53,696 nt of DNA from a virus (taxonomy: Duplodnaviria > Caudoviricetes). The position numbers and the translations under genes were made by a program. Of the stretch, positions 47,838 to 53,696 are shown piece by piece (the first letter of the stretch is position 1; the number at the start of each line of letters is the position of its first letter). The notes below the pieces were generated by a model that saw nothing but the letters and a program-made list of their open reading frames with translations, made no database searches and was not told the DNA's origin. The stretch spans positions 1 to 53,696 of the IMG/VR virus record IMGVR_UViG_3300025450_000802; one strand, written 5' to 3'.

Positions 47838-50800
47838 CTATAACGCTATCTGCAATTCCGCCGGTGTTAATGCAGGTATCACAACAATATTATTTGCGGT
47901 AGCTGCATTAACGAATATCTCATACGGCGCACATTGAATTTCATATAATGAGCCAAATGGTTGATTTGGATCATTAGCAACCAATACTGCTGAACTTACA
48001 TATTCACCTACGTTTGTATGTAAGTACGCAGCTAATTCAGAGAAATAAAATGTATCACCGAAGTTCCAATTATTTATGTCAAAATAATCATTCATCGCTG
48101 AAAGTACTGAACTAATAATTTCACTATTACTTGCATTTACACCAGCAACAGGAACTATTTTAATAGTGGCTTGAAGAGCAGGATCAGCCTTAGGTCCAAA
48201 CAATGGTTTGAATACTACGCTATTAGGTATTAAACTATCACTGACCATTTTATAATCTTGTAATTGTCCATAATCTTGATTTAATTCATCAATAGTTGGC
48301 ATGTTTGGTTTAGGTATTGTACCAGTTGTGTCTTGAATATAATTTTGATATTGTGTGTAATAACTTTGTGTAACGATATACAAATCAATAATATTTGTTG
48401 TAGTTGGATCAATGCGTGTAGTATTATTACTATTGTGACGGTATTGGAAACTTAATCCTTGTCTACCTGTTTTAATAGAATATTGTGGTTGAACTACCAA
48501 TACATAATCTGGGGTTGTTACACTTGGATTTTGTACAGTGGTGTAAAATACATTATCACTGTAAGCATAGAACAATTGACCCAATGGATAATCATATTTT
48601 ACTAATTCAATTTGTGTAACTGTTGGAAGATTCATATAAGCTACATCAGTTGAAGGAATAATTTGATATCTTGTTAAGTTTAAAGCATCTGTAATTTTTT
48701 CAAAGAATACATAAATGCCTGTGTTCGTAGAACCTTGTACGTAACCTGTAACAAAATTAAAGAAGTCAGGATTTAAAATAAGTTGTTTGTCATTGACATC
48801 AGTTGCGCTAACTTCAACTTGGAAATCGTCTGTGTAACCATCTGGTTCAACTGTTTGTCCAACAATGTTAACCTTTACGGGTACACTCAATGGATATGAC
48901 GAATTAGGTAATGTGTTTACTGGTAAAATGTTAATAAAGTCTTGTAATATTTTTCCAGAGAATGGGTCATAAACAATTGTGCCACTTGGTGGTGCAAAAC
49001 GTGTATCTGCTGCACTACCAAAATAGTATGTTAATTGATTATAAGTTATTGTATAGATATTTGCACCTGTTGTGCCTGTTGCTGAAAAATTCACAAACGC
49101 ATTAGGATCACCATAGTAACTTATTGACCAACGTTCTTGGTTAATAGGAATAGCATTGTTAAACACAAGACTAAAACTTAATTGTAATTGTAATTTAATT
49201 GTAGCTTCTTGTATAACGTCTGTTGGTAGTGAATTACCAAAAGTAGGAATAACAGTTGTTAATATAGCGTTGCTTGGTACATAGCCATTTAATACTACAG
49301 GACCTGTTCCATTACTAAAGCTGCCTAAGCCATTATTACTTCCGTCTCCGATTACGTTTAGTACAGTTGTCCAAAATCCTGTTATGTCAGTTGGTCCTGG
49401 AATGCCTGCAACCAATCTGTTATTGCCATCAAAATAATAACCAGTTGGTGCTGTGAAATATAACAGTGCACCTTGTGTTATATATTGTAAATTAGTTGTC
49501 GAATATGTACCTAATTGTACAGGAATGTTTTGATCGCCTGATACATAATAGAAATATCCTGATTCGCTACTAGCATCAACTGAACTTGTTTGCCATAATA
49601 TTGTACCAGGTGTAGTTGTTGCATTAATAGGGTATCTAGGATAATATTGTACATAATATTGATTTGCATTGTTACTTGCCAATGCTGCTGACAATGTAGA
49701 TGTTAAAAATACTAAAATATCACTATTACTATTAATAGTTAATGTTAAGAATCCTGGAGTATTGTCTTGATATAATGCACCGTCATTACCAAAACTATTG
49801 GTACTTGAATACTTTCCTGTGCTGTCAAGTAAGTCAATATTTTTACTGATGCCAATACTACTACGATTGATTGCTTGTGACTTAATAATTGAACTATAGT
49901 ATGAATATGGGAAATTATTATAGTCTTGACCGTTTACCATACGATTTTGTGTATAGTAACCAGCTGGTGCACGTTGTTTAATGTCTGCTATTGTTTCACG
50001 TGCTTGTGCGTTTGATACAGTTTCTTGTAATTCCAATGTAACTGTTAATGTTTCTGTTGTTCCTAAACGTGTAACATATGAAAATGCAATTGTAATACCT
50101 TGCATATCACTAGGATAAATTGTATATGTTAACGCATTACCTGCACGAACATATGCTAAGAAGTTTCCTACTGGTATTTCTGAAAATACACCGTCACCAA
50201 ATACATAACTTACTGTATCGTTAAATCCTGAAGTTACTGAGAAAATTGCTCTTTGTGAGCCTTCTGCTACTGATTGCAGATATGCATTAGCATAAACATT
50301 TTCTACTTGTTTCCAAAGTGCTGGACTAGCATTATTTGTAGTTAATTGATATAACCAAGTGTCAGTGTTGTTAACACCTTGAATATTACCAATATTAATA
50401 ACTTGGTTAGCAATTTGTTGTGCCAAGTTAAATGTATAACTTTGAAGTGTGCCTTGTTTAAAGTAAAAGAACCAACCTGTGTTTGGACTACCATATCCTA
50501 ATTGGTCATTGCGATATAAAATATTAAATTTACCACTTGGTGCAGGTGGTATTTCATATAGATAATCTTCACCCACACTAGTCATACTTGTTAATTCAAA
50601 AGCAGATGACTGTCCGTTAATTGTAGCATTGAACGGAACAATTGGTAAGCTAAGTGGTGGAATATTAATAGAATATTCACTTGTTGTAGTTCCTAAAATA
50701 TCTTGACTGTTGCCAGGACGTCCTACAAATTGTGAGTTTATCAATGTAGCATTGATAATTGTGTTAAATTGATCTTGCCAACTTGGGTTAGCAGGATCAT

Positions 50801-51236
50801 TCCATAAAATAGGTACATTACTTAGATTTAATCCATTGATATCAGTAATGTTTTGTGTTGTTTGTATACTGATTACTTTTAAGTAACCTTGACCAGCTAA
50901 GTTACGTTGTGGGGTATAGCTAACCAAATTAGCTAATTTGACTACACTGTCTCTACGTTCTGCTGTGTCAATAAAGTTTTCACGTGCGTTTAAGTCGTTG
51001 CGAAATGCTAGACCCTGACCCATGAACGCCATAACGTCAAGCAATGCGATAAACTCACTGCTTTCAATATAGTCATTGAATGTTTCTGGGTAATATATTT
51101 GTAGATAGTCTATGAAACTTTTACGTAATGTTTCATAGTTATAGCTGGTGAAATCTGCACCGGCGTAGGTTTGGTATATTTGTTGCCAATAATTTATACC
51201 AAAAAGATTACTTTGTCTATTACTTGTTACAGCCAT
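47838..51236 (-). CDS. Baseplate wedge protein (T4 gp6 / baseplate J-like)
   Basis: DFTSYNYETLRKS..FNDYIESSE..LLDVMAF..ENFIDTAERRDSVVKLA..SYTP and ETIADIKQRAP..TQNRMVNGQDY. Confidence 0.85.
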   Translation of the reverse strand: MAVTSNRQSNLFGINYWQQIYQTYAGADFTSYNYETLRKSFIDYLQIYYPETFNDYIESSEFIALLDVMAFMGQGLAFRNDLNARENFIDTAERRDSVVKLANLVSYTPQRNLAGQGYLKVISIQTTQNITDINGLNLSNVPILWNDPANPSWQDQFNTIINATLINSQFVGRPGNSQDILGTTTSEYSINIPPLSLPIVPFNATINGQSSAFELTSMTSVGEDYLYEIPPAPSGKFNILYRNDQLGYGSPNTGWFFYFKQGTLQSYTFNLAQQIANQVINIGNIQGVNNTDTWLYQLTTNNASPALWKQVENVYANAYLQSVAEGSQRAIFSVTSGFNDTVSYVFGDGVFSEIPVGNFLAYVRAGNALTYTIYPSDMQGITIAFSYVTRLGTTETLTVTLELQETVSNAQARETIADIKQRAPAGYYTQNRMVNGQDYNNFPYSYYSSIIKSQAINRSSIGISKNIDLLDSTGKYSSTNSFGNDGALYQDNTPGFLTLTINSNSDILVFLTSTLSAALASNNANQYYVQYYPRYPINATTTPGTILWQTSSVDASSESGYFYYVSGDQNIPVQLGTYSTTNLQYITQGALLYFTAPTGYYFDGNNRLVAGIPGPTDITGFWTTVLNVIGDGSNNGLGSFSNGTGPVVLNGYVPSNAILTTVIPTFGNSLPTDVIQEATIKLQLQLSFSLVFNNAIPINQERWSISYYGDPNAFVNFSATGTTGANIYTITYNQLTYYFGSAADTRFAPPSGTIVYDPFSGKILQDFINILPVNTLPNSSYPLSVPVKVNIVGQTVEPDGYTDDFQVEVSATDVNDKQLILNPDFFNFVTGYVQGSTNTGIYVFFEKITDALNLTRYQIIPSTDVAYMNLPTVTQIELVKYDYPLGQLFYAYSDNVFYTTVQNPSVTTPDYVLVVQPQYSIKTGRQGLSFQYRHNSNNTTRIDPTTTNIIDLYIVTQSYYTQYQNYIQDTTGTIPKPNMPTIDELNQDYGQLQDYKMVSDSLIPNSVVFKPLFGPKADPALQATIKIVPVAGVNASNSEIISSVLSAMNDYFDINNWNFGDTFYFSELAAYLHTNVGEYVSSAVLVANDPNQPFGSLYEIQCAPYEIFVNAATANNIVVIPALTPAELQIAL

Positions 51237-51254
51237 AATTATTACCGTTTGTAT

Positions 51255-51261
51255 TATTTAT
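51255..51261 (-). promoter_or_regulatory. Late-promoter-like ATAAATA box
   Basis: GATAAATA 18 nt upstream of ATG 51236. Confidence 0.55.
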
Positions 51262-51288
51262 CAATACAAAAAATGCTACTTTTAAAGG

Positions 51289-51738
51289 TTATTGAAGTAC
51301 TGCTGTATTGTTGGCTGGGTTAAAGAAAACACTGATTACGGCAGGATTATTAAAGGGATTTACTGCTACTTGAAGTTGTAAAAGTATTCCATTTTCTTGA
51401 GGATACACTTGAATTGAACCTAATTGAAGTCTAGGATCAAGCCCTACTATTCTTTTTAATTCATCTTCTAATTGAAACTGTGTATCTGCTGTATTTGGCT
51501 CAAAAATAAATGACCAAAGTGTTGTACCATATTGAGGTTGACCTACTTTTTGTCCTAAAGGTATATTGATAGCATTTAAAAAGTCTCTGATAACTAATTG
51601 CTCATCTACTGATTTAAATTTGTCGCCATAACTTACTGGATTGGTTATGCCGTTAGAACCGTTTCTAGCAGGACCATTTGAGTTGGTGCTTCTAGGTTGA
51701 TTAGCTTGTAATGATGAATATCCAATATATGTAGGCAT
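51289..51738 (-). CDS. Baseplate gp25/GpW-like protein
   Basis: D.QLVIRDFLN..NIPLGQKVGQPQYGTTLWSFIFEP...DPR; adjacent to the gp6-like gene. Confidence 0.85.
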   Translation of the reverse strand: MPTYIGYSSLQANQPRSTNSNGPARNGSNGITNPVSYGDKFKSVDEQLVIRDFLNAINIPLGQKVGQPQYGTTLWSFIFEPNTADTQFQLEDELKRIVGLDPRLQLGSIQVYPQENGILLQLQVAVNPFNNPAVISVFFNPANNTAVLQ

Positions 51739-51743
51739 AAAAA

Positions 51744-51750
51744 TATTTAT
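51744..51750 (-). promoter_or_regulatory. Late-promoter-like ATAAATA box, 5 nt before ATG
   Basis: GATAAATA-TTTTT-ATG on the minus strand. Confidence 0.6.
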
Positions 51751-51769
51751 CTCCCTAATGATCTGAAAT

Positions 51770-53696
51770 TTACCATAAAGTCAAACTTCCATCTGTTGAA
51801 GTATAACCAAGATCCTTTTGATATTGTATAAATGTAGGATCGCTGCTAGCAGCAATCCATGCTTGCTTTGCAGACTCTATTCCAGGATCTCCTTGTGGAA
51901 GTGTTTGTTTTGCATTTTGATATGCATCAATTGCAGGTTGAAGTGTATTTTTTATATAATTGTCTATATAATTTTGTTTATCTTGTGCGACCTTTTGGGC
52001 TTGCTTTTGTGCATCTGCTGCCGCAGTAGCTTGAGGTGATATTATTCCTAAGAAGTTTGGAGCTGGAATCTTAGGATTACCTAAAACGTTAGTAATTCCT
52101 GCTGTAATTTCACTACGATTAGTAGTATTAACACCCACAGTTGGCAATTTAACTGGGCTTGCGCCACCTGATGCTAGTGATGATATAGAACCTTGCAATT
52201 GTGATAATGCCCCTGATGATAATCCTAATCCAGCTAATGCTGTTAAACTGCCACCTGCTTGATTAATTACGCTTGAAACGCTTGGTAATCCTTTAGATAA
52301 TGATGCTACACCACCTGCTAAACTACTACCTAAACTACTAGCACTTGGAACAATATTGTTCAATGCGCTGCTTGATGCGTTTTGAGCCAAACTAGTTACT
52401 GAACTTAATCCAGGAACTGACGAAACTGAACTGCCTGTTTTGTTTACTACAGATGCAATTGTATTTGTACCACCTGGTAATAAACTTACACCGCTAGCTG
52501 TTGCTGATACAGTATTTTGTAATGCTCCTGCACCTGCTGATTGAGCAGCTTGTTGTAAGCCTGATGCTGTAGTTGATAATGACGATGTGCTTGCAAATCC
52601 ACCAACAGTAGGAAGTGTGTTTGTGTTTGATACACTTGAAACTAATGATGCTGCCCCTGAACTTGTCAATGCTTTAATTCCATTTACTGCATTTGTAACA
52701 ACTGAACTTGGTAAACTGCTTTTTATAGTTGTTAATGAAGCACCTACTGCGGCTAAAGGAGATTTAGTTCCCAAACCACCAATTGTGCTTCCTATAGCAC
52801 TACCTATAACACTGCCAAGTGCTCCTTGTGCGGCCGCACTTACTGATCCGCCCGATACTGAAGCAGCAGCGGTTTTAATTGCGGCTGCTTTAGCTAATGT
52901 TGTAAGATTTTGAGGTACTCCGGCTTTCATAGCAACAAAACTACTTGCAATAGCTTTAAACGCTGATGCTGATGCACCTTGAGTAGACAGTGACAAGTTT
53001 GACAAGCTTGGAATTTTAGCTAATGCGCTAACTGATGATGTTATAGAACTTAAACTTGACACAGATACACCAGACAATCCTGCTGCAAAGTTACCTTTGC
53101 TAATCGCAGATAATGCAGAACTGCTAGCTCCTGATATAGCCTTAGTAGCAGAACTTACTGCTCCCCCTGCTAGTGAATTAATAGAACCTGATCCAGTTGC
53201 TGTTATTGATCCTGCTGCGCTGCCCAATCCATTAGTTATACCAGTTACATTTGGTATTTGACTGCTTGATACGCCACCTGCAAAACTTGATACTGTTCCT
53301 GCAGCGGTAGTAGTTGCTGCTCCACCTACAGATGCCAAAGCAGTTGATGGTGAGGCTAAACCTAATCCTGATGGTGCGGTAGTAGCGACAGATCCTGTTG
53401 CTGATGCTAATGCAGGAGTCACACTGTTTACTGAATTTACTGCACTGATTGTTTGAGGTACACCTACAGTTGCGCCAGATAGTACTAATCCAGAAATTTG
53501 TGTTGAATGTTCTGCACCAGTAATTACACCTGCGTTGGTCAACTGTGTTTGTGATTGTTGTAATGTTGCTACAGCTACATTTGCTTGAGCATTAGGATTA
53601 TTTACAAATGCATTTAAGCTGTTTATACCATTTGAGTTTGTAAACAGATTTGGAGGCATAGCTGCTTGTACACTTGACCCACTTGCTACTGCTGAA
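51770..53696 (-). CDS. C-terminal part of a Ser/Ala/Gly-rich virion protein (start outside the window)
   Basis: The frame stays open from the track ATG (53659) to the window edge; low complexity. Position before gp25 is compatible with a hub/spike gene, but no diagnostic motif is visible. Confidence 0.65.
   Translation of the reverse strand, partial: SAVASGSSVQAAMPPNLFTNSNGINSLNAFVNNPNAQANVAVATLQQSQTQLTNAGVITGAEHSTQISGLVLSGATVGVPQTISAVNSVNSVTPALASATGSVATTAPSGLGLASPSTALASVGGAATTTAAGTVSSFAGGVSSSQIPNVTGITNGLGSAAGSITATGSGSINSLAGGAVSSATKAISGASSSALSAISKGNFAAGLSGVSVSSLSSITSSVSALAKIPSLSNLSLSTQGASASAFKAIASSFVAMKAGVPQNLTTLAKAAAIKTAAASVSGGSVSAAAQGALGSVIGSAIGSTIGGLGTKSPLAAVGASLTTIKSSLPSSVVTNAVNGIKALTSSGAASLVSSVSNTNTLPTVGGFASTSSLSTTASGLQQAAQSAGAGALQNTVSATASGVSLLPGGTNTIASVVNKTGSSVSSVPGLSSVTSLAQNASSSALNNIVPSASSLGSSLAGGVASLSKGLPSVSSVINQAGGSLTALAGLGLSSGALSQLQGSISSLASGGASPVKLPTVGVNTTNRSEITAGITNVLGNPKIPAPNFLGIISPQATAAADAQKQAQKVAQDKQNYIDNYIKNTLQPAIDAYQNAKQTLPQGDPGIESAKQAWIAASSDPTFIQYQKDLGYTSTDGSLTLW

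Noticed and set aside
51289-51738. Lysozyme activity for the gp25-like protein
   Set aside because: The gp25 family is a structural sheath-initiation component; no lysozyme motif is visible.
218-52913. Short track ORFs such as 218-406, 937-1143, 4806-5120, 12009-12305, 27285-27680, 30006-30275 and 52587-52913, plus out-of-frame minus-strand ORFs
   Set aside because: They lie within or antisense to long motif-bearing genes and are explained by codon bias; no independent signals.
1-53696. Stop-codon reassignment
   Set aside because: Standard-code ORFs tile the window densely, and TAA, TGA and TAG are all used as stops.

Overview
AT-rich segment of a large (jumbo-type) contractile-tailed phage genome, almost entirely coding on the minus strand. 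The right half (25.7-53.7 kb) is a virion/baseplate module: a truncated Ser/Ala/Gly-rich protein, gp25-like and gp6-like baseplate proteins, a 6378-aa modular structural protein, a fibre-like protein and small structural proteins. A free-standing HNH endonuclease with a structured leader separates it from a ~25 kb enzyme island (1-24973). That island encodes three GT-A-like and one GT-B-like putative glycosyltransferases, seven N-terminal-twitch radical SAM paralogues, a B12-binding radical SAM, a 2OG-Fe(II) oxygenase, a DegT-type aminotransferase, an amidinotransferase, a carbamoyltransferase, three SGNH-like proteins and a hidden 34-aa peptide. Both halves are preceded by the same T4-late-like TAAATA box. 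My main hypothesis (inference) is a late-expressed pathway that builds a heavily tailored amino-sugar glycan, probably to decorate the Ser/Thr-rich virion proteins. Family calls rest on motifs read by eye; no database searches were run.
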